Source: Candidatus Iainarchaeum sp. (GTDB taxonomy: Archaea > Iainarchaeota > Iainarchaeia > Iainarchaeales > JAXPJC01). From it: a stretch of 64,000 nt of DNA. The notes below the pieces were generated by a model, which saw only the letters and a list, made by a program, of their open reading frames with translations, searched no databases and was not told the DNA's origin. Of this stretch, positions 18,606-29,900 are shown piece by piece. The stretch's first letter is position 1. Each line of letters opens with the position of its first letter. The stretch lies in assembly GCA_016187745.1 (NCBI GenBank), contig JACPJC010000007.1:1-64000 (forward strand), in the 5' to 3' direction. The position numbers and the translations under genes were made by a program.

Positions 18606-19367
18606 ATGGAAGAAATATCTACAGAAAAAATCAACTCAATGATTGAGACCTGCATAAAGGCGGTTAATGAAGGCAAACATGTAACCCCCGAACAAAGGGG
18701 TATATTCACAACGATGCTTAGAAGAATTGGCAAATCAAGGGGCATAACATATCCGAGTTCTCGACAACACTTTAATCTGTTTTACACCCCTCAGGGCATG
18801 CTGACGCTTGCTTCAGACTTGAGATTAGTAACCAAACCTGAGCATCAAAGATTTCTTGCACAAACAAAAACACTAATTGAGATTGAAAGCAATTTGTTAT
18901 CACTAGTGCATGTCTTCCCACAAAAGTTTCGGGATTTTATTTATGAGCAGACTAGTGGAACAATAGAAGCAAGGTGGAATAATTTAAGTAAATTGAGCGG
19001 AATGAATTTTTCAAAATTGTTGGCTTTGACAAAAAGAGCCGATGCCCTGGCTGATCAAATAGCATTTAAGAGAGGGCTAGGTAAAAAAGAAGAACAGCAA
19101 AAAAGATTAGACTTGCTTGTAGATAAGTTTAACGAGTTAAACGAGCAAACAGAGCAAGAGGCAGGTAGGATTGTATCTGCAATAAAAGGAAGGATTGCAG
19201 CACAATTTGCAAAGCCTGAAATTAGAGAAAGATTAGTTAGCGCCTTAAAAGGAGCAGGGGCTGACTCAAGGAGAAGAGAAAAAGAAATTCTGCAAAAATA
19301 TTTGAAAGCCTATGAGCAAAGGGTACCAAGGCAAAAACCAATCCGTAGAAGAATTCAATATAAATAA
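18606..19367 (+). CDS. Helical hypothetical protein, AT-rich, Arg-rich C-terminus
   Basis: 253-aa ORF ending RVPRQKPIRRRIQYK. Confidence 0.7.
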   Translation: MEEISTEKINSMIETCIKAVNEGKHVTPEQRGIFTTMLRRIGKSRGITYPSSRQHFNLFYTPQGMLTLASDLRLVTKPEHQRFLAQTKTLIEIESNLLSLVHVFPQKFRDFIYEQTSGTIEARWNNLSKLSGMNFSKLLALTKRADALADQIAFKRGLGKKEEQQKRLDLLVDKFNELNEQTEQEAGRIVSAIKGRIAAQFAKPEIRERLVSALKGAGADSRRREKEILQKYLKAYEQRVPRQKPIRRRIQYK

Positions 19368-19388
19368 ACATAAATAATTAGCGGAAAA

Positions 19389-20855
19389 CTAATCAACACT
19401 TGAAAGCGGATTCCTCAATTCAATCCTCTTTGGCATCCTGTTCTCGAATTTCAATGCGCAATCCCTTCCCCCGATTATTTCAATCTTCGCATGCGCCTTC
19501 GCGCGCAGCGCCTTCGGAAGATCCATCTCGTTTTCAGCGCTCATAATTACAAAAATGCGCTTCTTTGCCAGCTTCTCAACAAGCCCGGCAAACTCCTGCG
19601 CCGCATCCCCCGTGCGCGCCTCGGAAAGAGCCTGCTGCGCCTCGGGGAGTATTAGCGCGCAGTTTTCAGCGCTTTCAGACTTAAGTATTGAATGCATTGC
19701 CGAATTGTAAAGCAGCAGCTTCCCCCGCGCATCAAGGTTCTGCATTTCCGCAATTGATGCGATTCCAATGCCTGAAATTCCCCTGAACAATTCCCCGGCA
19801 TCAACTCCCGCGCAGAACAGCCCGGGATAGCGCGCCTGCATCAGCATGAAGAACCTTATTATGCGGTTAAGCTCCTTGCTGCTGATTCCAAGCTCCTGCA
19901 TTTTTTTTCTGGCGCTGTAAACGATTTCTGAAACATCAGATGCTGAGGTCTTTCTCATCAATTCATCAATTGATTTGCGCAGGGACTTTTCCTTTATTCC
20001 AAAAAGCTCCATCAGCGAATTTGAAGAGACGGAATTAAGGTTTATCCCCAAATGCTTCCCGAGCTTAAGCAGCCTCACAGGGAAGCCCATTGCATCAAAC
20101 TCAAGTTCAATCCCCTGCGCAGCAATATCCAGGCTTCTAGGCCTAGAGAGCGCCCTGAAGGAAGGATTGCCCGAAAGTATTAGCAGGGGAATGGAGTGCA
20201 GCATGAGGCTTTCGCAAAGCAGGCGCACAGCAAAATTCCTCTCACTTTCAGTTCCCCGGCATATTAGCGCATGGGAAAAGAACTGCAGCGGCTCGGAAAC
20301 AATTCCGCCTTTGATGTCCTTCCCGAGGATTATTTCCCTCTCAAAGGCGTTTCGCCCTTTCGGATTTATCTCCCCCGCAGCTCCGATAAGCGAGCTGAAG
20401 AGCAGCGGGGAAACGAAAAACCCGTTCTGCATCTGCCTGCCTGATTCACCAAGTTCATTAAGGACAACATCGCATGAGGCGGCAATCTTCTTTATTGAAG
20501 AGGCGCGCGCATGCATTGAATCCGCGGTTTTTCCGGCTTCCTCAAAAAGCAATTCCGCATTTTTTGCATAATTCGCCCCGCTGCTTAGCAGGAGATAATT
20601 CGCCTGCGCGCCCTTCAGATATTTCGTTATCAGGAGCGAAGGCGCATTTAGATTCTCCGCAAGCGCATGCAGGCCCTCAGCGCTGCAGAAAACCCTGCTC
20701 ACCTCAAATGCCACTCCGGAATTTTTTCCCGGCTCATATATTGCAACAAGCAGGAAATCATCCGCGCCTGCGAATACCTTCGCATTGTGCCCCGCAATTG
20801 ATAGCCCGGCAATCTCCTTCCAGCGCGTATTTTCATCCATTTTTGCAACCCGCAA
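19389..20855 (-). CDS. Degenerate HerA/VirB4/FtsK-like ATPase-fold protein
   Basis: IILGKD..HALICRGTESERNFAVRLLCESL..IPLLIL (Walker A position lacks GKS/T); ALILPEAQ (Walker B-like). Confidence 0.55.
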   Translation of the reverse strand: MRVAKMDENTRWKEIAGLSIAGHNAKVFAGADDFLLVAIYEPGKNSGVAFEVSRVFCSAEGLHALAENLNAPSLLITKYLKGAQANYLLLSSGANYAKNAELLFEEAGKTADSMHARASSIKKIAASCDVVLNELGESGRQMQNGFFVSPLLFSSLIGAAGEINPKGRNAFEREIILGKDIKGGIVSEPLQFFSHALICRGTESERNFAVRLLCESLMLHSIPLLILSGNPSFRALSRPRSLDIAAQGIELEFDAMGFPVRLLKLGKHLGINLNSVSSNSLMELFGIKEKSLRKSIDELMRKTSASDVSEIVYSARKKMQELGISSKELNRIIRFFMLMQARYPGLFCAGVDAGELFRGISGIGIASIAEMQNLDARGKLLLYNSAMHSILKSESAENCALILPEAQQALSEARTGDAAQEFAGLVEKLAKKRIFVIMSAENEMDLPKALRAKAHAKIEIIGGRDCALKFENRMPKRIELRNPLSSVD

Positions 20856-20903
20856 ACTTATAAATCACAATACATTATATATAAGCGCGCGAATTATATA
20901 AAT

Positions 20904-21467
20904 TTGCTTTCGGATGAGAAAATGGTTTCGGAAGTTGTAATTGACACAATAAGGAAGATGCTTGCCTCGGGCATGAGCGAGGAGAGCGTAAAAGGCATGC
21001 TTGCTGACATCGGATTGAGCAGGCAGGAAACCGAAGAGGCTATTTCAAAAGCAGGGGGTGCGGGGCAGGGGAAGCAGGCCCCTTCAAGGGAGCTGGAAGA
21101 GCTTCCAAGCGGAAGGATTGAAAGGCTGCCTGAGCATGTTGCGGAGCGCGTAAAGGAGCATTTGGAAGCGCGCTCCACAGAATCAGAATTGCGCGACCTC
21201 ATACAGCAGACAGCGCTTGAGGAGCATGGCTCGCGCCTTGGGGAAGTGAAAGAGCGCGTTGAGGACCTCCACAGAAAAGTGAGCGCGCTGCACCCTGCCG
21301 CAGCAGAAAATTACGAGGACAGGCTCGCGGAGCTGGAAGCGCAGGTAAATGAACTGGGAAAGGACATCAAGGACATCAAAGCGCTGAGCTCAGCGCTCCA
21401 GCTCATTACAAAGAAAATTCTGGAGACCGACAGGGGCATTCTGGAAGCGGCGAAAAGGAGGAAATAA
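20904..21467 (+). CDS. Coiled-coil hypothetical protein
   Basis: N-terminal helical bundle plus long heptad repeats. Confidence 0.75.
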   Translation: MLSDEKMVSEVVIDTIRKMLASGMSEESVKGMLADIGLSRQETEEAISKAGGAGQGKQAPSRELEELPSGRIERLPEHVAERVKEHLEARSTESELRDLIQQTALEEHGSRLGEVKERVEDLHRKVSALHPAAAENYEDRLAELEAQVNELGKDIKDIKALSSALQLITKKILETDRGILEAAKRRK

Positions 21468-21468
21468 T

Positions 21469-22197
21469 CTATTCAATGTCATACAGCAGGATTGTTTTTG
21501 TTTTCGGCTGGTAGAACGCATTTACGCTGAACGGCACATTCCATTTTTCCTCATCCTCATAAATAGAAACCCCGCGCCTTTTGAGTCCGGAAACCAGCTC
21601 AGTTATAGCAGCTTCTATCTTCCGCGCCCTTGGCAGGGGAAGCAGGATACTGCGTTCGCCAAGCCGCAATGTATAGGATTTTACCTCATTTCTATTGTAG
21701 AAATCAGTTGCCAGCAGGTTTCCTCCGGGACCTTTATACAGCAGATGCGGCCTTAAAATGCGCACATCAAAGCCTTTAATTGCATAATTTTTCTCCTTAA
21801 GATAGCGCTCCACAGCATTCAAATTATCTGCCATGTGTTTTAAATCCTTCGCAAACCACTTGACAAAAAAAGCCTTGCCCCCAATTCTGACTGCTAATGG
21901 GGGAAACCATGACCTGCCCCTATATATCCTTGTTACGGCTTTTTGAATGTAAATCCCTGACTTCCTGTCAGCGACTTTTCCTCCTTCTTCAAGTTCAGTA
22001 AGATTGTTTCTGATGAGATTAACTGCTTTCATGAGTGCGCGCCCGTTTTTCCTGGCAAACTCTGCAAATTCAGGGGAGTATGCGACAAACTTCCTTGTGT
22101 ACAGGGGATCGTGCTTATAGTGCAATGATTTCTCCTTAATGAACCCAACCCCTGTGCCGCCGAGCTTTGTATGCGCTGATTTTCTGCCAAGTTTCAT
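21469..22197 (-). CDS. Hypothetical basic protein, possible degenerate kinase-like fold
   Basis: FFVKWF, LLATDFY, NAFYQPKTKTILLYD. Confidence 0.5.
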   Translation of the reverse strand: MKLGRKSAHTKLGGTGVGFIKEKSLHYKHDPLYTRKFVAYSPEFAEFARKNGRALMKAVNLIRNNLTELEEGGKVADRKSGIYIQKAVTRIYRGRSWFPPLAVRIGGKAFFVKWFAKDLKHMADNLNAVERYLKEKNYAIKGFDVRILRPHLLYKGPGGNLLATDFYNRNEVKSYTLRLGERSILLPLPRARKIEAAITELVSGLKRRGVSIYEDEEKWNVPFSVNAFYQPKTKTILLYDIE

Positions 22198-22200
22198 AAA

Positions 22201-22518
22201 TCATCTCTTGAAGACCTTTTTCATCCCTTCAATGAAATTCTTGCAGCCCTGCGAGACTATTGCAAAAGGGTTGGCGCCCGGCTCTTTTTCACTCCAGTCA
22301 TAGCTGAACGAAAGGTCAGGCACATTTGTTTTTGCCTTCTCCATTTCCGCAGACTCCCTTGCAATATCCTCCCTTATTTCCTTTCCGGCGCCTTTCCAAA
22401 TCAGCAATGCAAGCGCAAGAACGGAGAATATTGCTGCAAGAATTATGTCTTCGGCAACAAACAGCATTAGCGCGGAAAGAAGCAATAAAAGAATAAACCA
22501 GAACAAGAAGTAGCGCAT
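22201..22518 (-). CDS. Small 2-TM membrane protein
   Basis: Two N-terminal hydrophobic helices; C-terminal amphipathic helix. Confidence 0.75.
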   Translation of the reverse strand: MRYFLFWFILLLLLSALMLFVAEDIILAAIFSVLALALLIWKGAGKEIREDIARESAEMEKAKTNVPDLSFSYDWSEKEPGANPFAIVSQGCKNFIEGMKKVFKR

Positions 22519-22534
22519 GATTGCACCCTGCAGC

Positions 22535-22858
22535 TTACATTCCTTCTCCGCCGCCCAATCCCCCGAGGCCGCCCATCAAATCAGGGGCATAGTATTCCGG
22601 CTGCTCGGGCTTCTTCCCCAGGCCCATTGCAAGCGAAATTATCACAAGCCCGAACACAATGAACGGCCAGTATGCGGTCATGTTCGTTCCCTTTATTGCA
22701 AAGAGCACAAGCACCGTAATGATGAGCATCACAATTGTTGTTAGGGAGCGCATTGAAAGTATCAGTATGCCAACCGCCCCGAATATGACCCAGGTCTGGT
22801 TGTACTGCATGGCAATCATTATCAGTATGACCGCAATAAGGAATGTGAATGTGTCCAT
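22535..22858 (-). CDS. Small multi-TM membrane protein
   Basis: Four short hydrophobic segments; Gly/Met tail. Confidence 0.8.
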   Translation of the reverse strand: MDTFTFLIAVILIMIAMQYNQTWVIFGAVGILILSMRSLTTIVMLIITVLVLFAIKGTNMTAYWPFIVFGLVIISLAMGLGKKPEQPEYYAPDLMGGLGGLGGGEGM

Positions 22859-22859
22859 A

Positions 22860-23132
22860 TTACTTCTTCCCCATCATTTCCTCATAGTTTTCGCTTCTGA
22901 AAAGCTTTACCTTCCCCAAAATTTCCTTCCCGAATGTCGCAATGAAGAATATTATCACCCCGAGCCACACAAGCTCCTGGTACTGGTAGAAGGTAAGGTA
23001 AACAACAATAAGCGCGAAAAGCACTGCAAGCTTTACGCTCCCCAAAATTCCCTTTGCCCATGAGAACAGCCATATGAATATAAACAGCAGCAGCGCAATC
23101 CACACATTCTCTATAAGCTGGAGTATTATCAT
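22860..23132 (-). CDS. Small 3-TM membrane protein (paralog group A)
   Basis: WAKGILGSVKLAVLFALIVVYLTFYQY. Confidence 0.8.
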   Translation of the reverse strand: MIILQLIENVWIALLLFIFIWLFSWAKGILGSVKLAVLFALIVVYLTFYQYQELVWLGVIIFFIATFGKEILGKVKLFRSENYEEMMGKK

Positions 23133-23172
23133 GCTCTTCCCAGTTATATTCTCTCATTCATCCCTTTTAATC

Positions 23173-23499
23173 CTAATGTTTCCTCAGGGAAAGCCCCAGC
23201 ACCCATATCATTACGCTGAAGCCCGCAAACATAAGTATTGTCTGGAAAATCCACGCTGCGGAGGTTATGTAGGTGTATTTGAACACAAGCACATAAACAA
23301 GTATTGCGGTTATTATCAAAGTAAGGGGGCTTGAGCCAAGGTAAGTCCGGACAATCGCATAAAGAAGGAAAGCCATCATGACCTGGAAAAGCAACTTCAC
23401 TATGGGGAACAATTCCATTATTATTGCGGGCAGCGCAAGCACAAGCACAAACGCAAGAACCAGAAATATAATCAGCGGAATTGCCCCCCGTTCGTTCAT
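23173..23499 (-). CDS. Small membrane protein with prepilin-like N-terminus (paralog group A)
   Basis: MNERG|AIPLIIFLVL; IVRTYLGSSPLTLIITAILVYVLVFKY. Confidence 0.8.
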   Translation of the reverse strand: MNERGAIPLIIFLVLAFVLVLALPAIIMELFPIVKLLFQVMMAFLLYAIVRTYLGSSPLTLIITAILVYVLVFKYTYITSAAWIFQTILMFAGFSVMIWVLGLSLRKH

Positions 23500-23504
23500 T
23501 TATT

Positions 23505-23912
23505 TCATCTCCCCATCATGGGCGGCTTTGGCCTCAGTGCGCCCTGCATCCTTTTTGCGGCTTCCATCCTCTGCAGGACATCCATCCCGTGCCCCATCGG
23601 GCTTTCAGGCTCCCCCGGCTGGGGCTGCGCCCCGAAGCCCTGGCTTACGAACATGTAATCAATTATAAGCTGGCCAACGCCGAATGCAAGCAGGGTATAG
23701 AGCAGGAAAATCCCCCCGAAAAACACCCAATAATCAAAAAGTATGAACCATGCGAAAAGCCCTATGACAACCCAGCTCAATGAGCCGGTTCCTATATGGT
23801 TCCTTACAAAGCTTATTATTGTGAGAAGCAGGAATATTTTAAGCACAAGCATCAGATCAGTGAAGCAGGTTGCAATATTCCCGAAGCATCCCAGGTCAAG
23901 CGGAGCAAGCAT
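23505..23912 (-). CDS. Small 3-TM membrane protein (paralog group A)
   Basis: FVRNHIGTGSLSWVVIGLFAWFILFDY; Pro/Met-rich tail. Confidence 0.8.
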   Translation of the reverse strand: MLAPLDLGCFGNIATCFTDLMLVLKIFLLLTIISFVRNHIGTGSLSWVVIGLFAWFILFDYWVFFGGIFLLYTLLAFGVGQLIIDYMFVSQGFGAQPQPGEPESPMGHGMDVLQRMEAAKRMQGALRPKPPMMGR

Positions 23913-23955
23913 ATATGTTAATTCGGGCTTCTTCTTTATATTACTTTTCCCGAAT

Positions 23956-26900
23956 CTAAGAGCCTATGCATTCCAGTGCATTCTCAATATCGTATATGCT
24001 TTTCCCGTTTACTTTCTGCGCATAAAGGGCGCTTGGAACCCAGAAGAAGGAGATTCTCTTCCCATGGTTTGCAACAGCAACCTTCCCTTCCTTTACAAGG
24101 TCAAAAACATCCTGCATTGAATCTACCTTATCCGCATCTGAATCCCCGAAGCCGTTGTACTGCATGCCGTTTATTCCATTGAGTGCAATGGCTTCCGAAG
24201 GCGACTGGTTATTTGAGGTAATGAACCTTACTCCCGAACTCCCTGAATTCAGAGTAGTGTCATATCCCCTCGGCGTATATAAAATCGTTTTGAGGTAAAC
24301 GTCCCCTGCCCTTTCAGCCTTCTCCCAATCAATGGCATACCTTATTCCTTTCTCATTGCTGCGCCTGTCCCTGTAATAATAGAATGCCTCGCCCGCAAGC
24401 CTTCCGGAAAAATCATAGCATGCGCCCGCGCCGTTCCAAGCATTCAGGCTTGCGCCTGCATCAACTTCCTGCTCGTTCATATTCAAGGAATAGTATTCTG
24501 CAAACTTGCTCTGCGTCGCGCTATTTCTGCTCACTTTCATGAGCACAGGGGTCGCATAAGCCGGGGAGAATTTGATTTTCTCCTTCTTTCCGGAAACATC
24601 AACCTCAAGTATTACGCTCCTTGAAGTGATGGATTTATTTATGGAATCAAGGTCCGCCTTCTTTTCCACAGCGGCAATTACAAGCGCATTTGAATTGTAA
24701 TCATTGTAGGTATATGCGCTCTGCCCAAGATGCTCGTCAATCTTCAGCTCATATCCCGAATATTCAGCCCCATACCCGTGCCTGTCATTTCCCTGCGCAG
24801 TATTCCCGAGCAGGCCGTCAAGCGGAACATAATAGAAGGGATTGTCATTTTCCGGGGCGCTTTTGTAGGTAAGCTCGGTCATGAATACTGCGGCAATATT
24901 TTCGCCGTCAAATATCTGCCAGCCGCTCCCCGTGAACCAGGAGTCCAGATGCACAGCATATTTTCCCGGCATATTGATTGTCATGCCCCTGGAGTATTTC
25001 TTCGCTATGAGTATCGCCCCCTCATTCCACAGCCTCCAATAGCCTATGTCATTGTTCAGATACCACGAGGGCGCATTGAAGAATGCTTCCCTGTCATATA
25101 GCTGGTGGAAATCCTCCCTGAAATCAGTGCCATAGTTGTCCTTAACAAGAAGGGCCTCAAAATTGAATATCCTGCGCAAATCGTCAAAGTTTTTTATTTC
25201 CTCAGTCCATTCAACTGTGTCCTCATTCACATACTGCCCCCAGAATGTCAGGCCCTTGTTTATGAATTTCTCAAGCTCCTCATCGCGCTTCGGCAGCCAG
25301 CAGGTGTCCGGAACTTTATATGCAACAAAAGAGCTCTCGTGCGCAATGTCGTCAGAAGTGCCGGCAGAAACAGAAGTGATGCGCGTTGTAACTCTATATG
25401 CGTCAGTGCTCTGCTTCAATCCTGCGAATTCGCACGTAATTGTTTGCGTTGCGCCCTTCAGGACAAATGCCGTCTTATTGCAGGGATTTTTCACAGAGGA
25501 AGGGACTGATATTCCCGAAGGCGCAACCAGGGTTGCGGAAACGCTCGCGTTTGAATTAACATCATCAGAATTCTTCACTGCAATGAGGAATTTCGCGGTG
25601 TTTGTGTCATAATTGAAAGTGTAGTTAACACTGCTTACCCCTATTGTTCCGGAAGCAACTTCATTTGTGCTTGTATTGCCTGTTGTGAATCTTGCGAGCG
25701 GATTTTCCGGGCATTCAAACCTGTAATTGTTCTTATTCAGCCACTCATCAAGCCTCTTGATGCGCTTGCTCAGCGCAATGCTGAACTGCGTTGCATCGCA
25801 ATACACTGCTTCCGAATTGTCCGCATCGCATGAATTCCAGTCAAAATCATTCCAGTTCCAGCTCAATTTCACTTTCGGAAGCGCCCCCGCGCCGGTTTTC
25901 CCCACATAGAGGAACTCACCGAATGCCGTCTGCACATCATCCTCAGCAAGTAAAGCGGCGCCATTCTTTTTGGGTTTCCCGCCCCCGGCAAACAGCGCAG
26001 CGCCGCCCTTTTTGTTTTTTCCATCTTCCGCGAAGAACAGCAGATCGCTTTCCTCGGTAGTATCTATCTCTATCATGAATTCCTCTGAATAGGAATTCTG
26101 CCCGCAGCCTGTGCTGATCTCATATGGCTTCGGGCTTCCCATTGTTTGCGGGTCGTTATAGCAGTTCCTGTAAACCTGCAGCTTTATTTTTGCGAACACG
26201 ACAGCGGAATTGAAATCCTGAGTGCGCGAAATGGAAAATGCCATTTCCTCAGTGCTGTTTTCAAGTGTTGGATCAATATTTGCGCTTGCGGTATTCGAAT
26301 CCCAGCGCACATCCAAGCCGGAGCGTGATGTATAAATGCTGTCAGGATCCCCGTAAGGGATTATGCTGCTCCCGTCAGTATCAGTCGCGCCAAGGTTTGT
26401 AATATAGTCATACATCGGATGGTTTTCATACTTGTTGCTGTCAAGATAATTCATAATCAGCATTATAATTATTACAACAACTGCAACCCAGACACCTGCA
26501 ACTGCGCTAGGGCCTATATCTGCCATAATAAGACCTGCCTCTGTTCCTGCTGCGGCCGCAATAGCAATTACAAATGTTGCAGCCCCTGCTGCCAGCCCAT
26601 AGCCCAATGCCCTCCCGAAGCTTGCGCCCCAGCTATATTCCTCATCAGCATAGCCGTCCCAGTTCTTCGCCTTTGCGCGCACATTGATTTTTGTAATGTA
26701 ATCCCTGTTTGTAACTTCAATATATTCAGGCGCATCCTTCTCAAGCAGTATAACCTGATAGGTGTCAAGCAGGAACTGCGCATCCCCCGGCTCATTTACC
26801 TGTACCCTTATCCATCCCAGTTCGGTCCAGTCGCTTCCCGAGGGCTTTGCTTCAACCCTTATGCCGTGCATTCCCGCAATGTCATCGCTCTGCACGGTAA

Positions 26901-29900
26901 TTGTCTTTGAATCCCCGTCCTCGTCCAAATCAAATGTGCGCGGGTCAACCTCAATCTCATCGCAGCCCCCCGAATCGGAATCGCTGCACAGCCTGAACTG
27001 CATATCTATTGCCCCGCAGCCCTCGTCCCCGGACTTGCGCGAAATTTCAAATGTTGTTGAAGATTCAGCGCCCATTTCTATTACCCCAACGCCTTCAGCG
27101 GCGGAAATGCAGTCCTTCAGGTTTGTTATGAAGATTTTTGCGCATCAGCATTGCAGTGCGCAGTGGAGTAAGCACTTCAAGCGCCCCTCCTTCAACAGCA
27201 ATCTGGAATTCCCCGCTCCTGTCCCCGTTCCATACAATCTCGGCCTGCAAGTCCCTCAGAACAACAGGCTCATTGTCAATTACGCAATAATTGCGCAGTG
27301 TAATGTCAGTAATTGCAGTCCCTTCAATAAGCGCGGCTTCCCAGTCGCTTTTACTGATGTCCATGCACTGCTCCAATTCTATTTCAGGCCCCAATCCGAC
27401 GGCAATGCCCACATCTATTGCAAAGGGCCATGTTATTCCGAAATCCGCGCTCTCCACCTCAAGATTGAGCGTTCCCTCAATAGTTGAGCCTTCCTCAATG
27501 ATTTTCCCTGCTTCAGAGAGAACTGCATTCACTTTTATCGTTTCCTCAACATCCTTCGCAAGAACAGTAGCGCCGACATACTGGTCAAGCCAGTTCTGCA
27601 TTGCCTCAATGTCAAGCAATCCGTCAGTATCCTCAAGCGCAAGCTCCAGCTTGCTTATTGAAAGCTCTGGCTCAACCATGCTTGTTACTGTTAATTCCTC
27701 CTCCTGCTCCTGCTCAACGCGCACATCCAGGTTATAGGAAAGCCTTTCAGGGGAAATTTCAATTATTTCGCTTTCAATTGTTTTTGTTGCCTGCGCGGGA
27801 TTATAGCCGTATTTCTCCACATCAATTATTATCTGCGCATTCGCGGGAAGCGCGCTCAGCGTGAAATAGGCGGTCCCCTCAATATCCGTATACTGCGGCG
27901 CAAGTGTTTGCAGGGAACCGTCATTGTTTATTGTTACCTTCACAAGCGCGTCCTTTATCCTGCTTCTGGTTGAAGAATCCCTTACAACAATAGTGAGCGG
28001 ATTTTCAATCAGCGGAGCAAGGTTTTCAGGGGAAACATTGATGTCAAGGTTTGCCTTTGCCGTTGCCCTTGTGTCCAGCCCAACCTCCTTTACCCATACC
28101 TTCTCATAATCCGAAATTGCCTCAAGCAGTATTGCCGCATCATCCGGAATTTTCGGCTGCAGGAATATTGTCCCTGAGATTGCGGTATTTTTGGTGAAAT
28201 TCCCCAAATCTATCGCAGGCAGCTCATTCGCCTTGTTCCCATCCCCGGAAATTTTTGTGCCGGAAGCGTTTGTGAATTCATATCTGCTGAATTCCAGGTC
28301 CTCGGAAACATCCAGCCCGTTTATTGTGCTTTTCACGCGCAGTTCCGCCACATTATGCACGGCATCCGAATTGTTCTGCAGGGTGAAGAAGAAATTGTAA
28401 TCATTGAATACCACAAGTTCAAACGGCTCCTCGTGCTGCAGCAGCATCTCCTTCAGGTCCATTATGCTGTCATAAAAGCAGAAATCCGCGCTGCACAGCT
28501 CAGGGGGCGGCTCGGTGTAATATGTTTTCTCATATGCGAGCGCATAGAGCGCCTGCTTTGCGGAGGTGCTTTCAGCGCTTCCAAGCTCGCCGTCCGCAGG
28601 ATCCCTTGCATATGAATCGTCCTGGCTTATCCCGAATGCGCGGTAGAACAGGGCAAGCGGCTCAGCATTCTCCGCGCTATCCCTTATGCGGATTTCCGCG
28701 CTTATTTCATAATACCCGGCTTCAGGCGCGTTCCAGAGGATGTTAAGCCACTTCGCATATCCCTGGGTAATGTTCTTCGCATCAGTGTCATATCCAAGCG
28801 GGCTTGTGAAGGTTGTGCCCTTTGTTATGCTTGCATTCGGCGCATTCACCGATTTTATGAATATGTCGTCCTTCTCCATCAGCTCATCAATTCCCGTGCG
28901 CAAATGCATGCCTGTGCTCTTGTAATTCTTTTCCTTCGGAACCGCAAGCAATAATTTCACGACATATGTTTTATCTCTCTCCACAAGGTCAAACACGTTC
29001 TGGTCGCTTATGTTGTAAAGGCCCCTGTATATTGCCCTTGCCTCCCCGGAAATAAGCTCAGGCATCATTACCGCATTCAGTTTCGCGGTTTCATTCGGCA
29101 TCAATTGAACAGCAGTTGTTGTGTAGGTTGCAAACCCGCCGCTCCTCACAATCGCATAAATCCTCTTGTCCGCCTTGAATTCATAATTCCCAGCCCCGTC
29201 CTTATCAAGGCTTATTTTTCCGAGCTGCTCCCCTGATTCGGTCCTGAACTCGGCTTCGGCAAAAGGGACTGCGCTCCCGTCCTGGTCCTTCGCTGTTATT
29301 TTCACATCCGCCTGCCCTATGAGCATGAAAATCTCGAAATAGCTTATCTCCCTTACGTTGATTTCCTGCGCTCCCGAAGCCCCCGAGGAAGGGTATTTCA
29401 GGGCCTTTGCGAAGTACTTTCCCCCCGGAACATTTAGGAATTTCGCATTCCCATTGACATCAGTTATCTGCTTTGTGTCAAACGCCAAAAAGTTCGTGTC
29501 AGCATCATAAAGCGAAATTTCCGCATTCACAACCGCAAGGTCGTCCTCATCATATGCCTTCACAACCACAATCCCGCAGTTCTCAGGCGTGCACTTCTCA
29601 AGCTCTATGGTTATGTTGCCGTCTGCGATTGTAATGTCCCTGGTCTCGTATTTGTATTCGTCCTGCGTGACCGTAAGCAGGTAATCAACATCATCATAAA
29701 CAGAAAACTCAACTTTGTTCCCGTCGCGCGTGTCCCCCTCCGCAATTATCTTCATGTCCTCTCTTGTTTTCAGCAGCACCTTTGCGTTTTTGACCCTTGC
29801 ATTTGTGGAGCTGTCAAGCACTTCAATGCTGAACCTCCCCCTAAGCGCTCGCATACCTGTTTGCCTCATCCGTAGCAACAACATAGTAGCTTCCCGGGCT

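Noticed and set aside
27095-29884. Programmed ribosomal frameshifting in paralog 1
   Set aside because: Alignment to the paralog indicates tens of missing residues at each break, which a simple slip cannot restore
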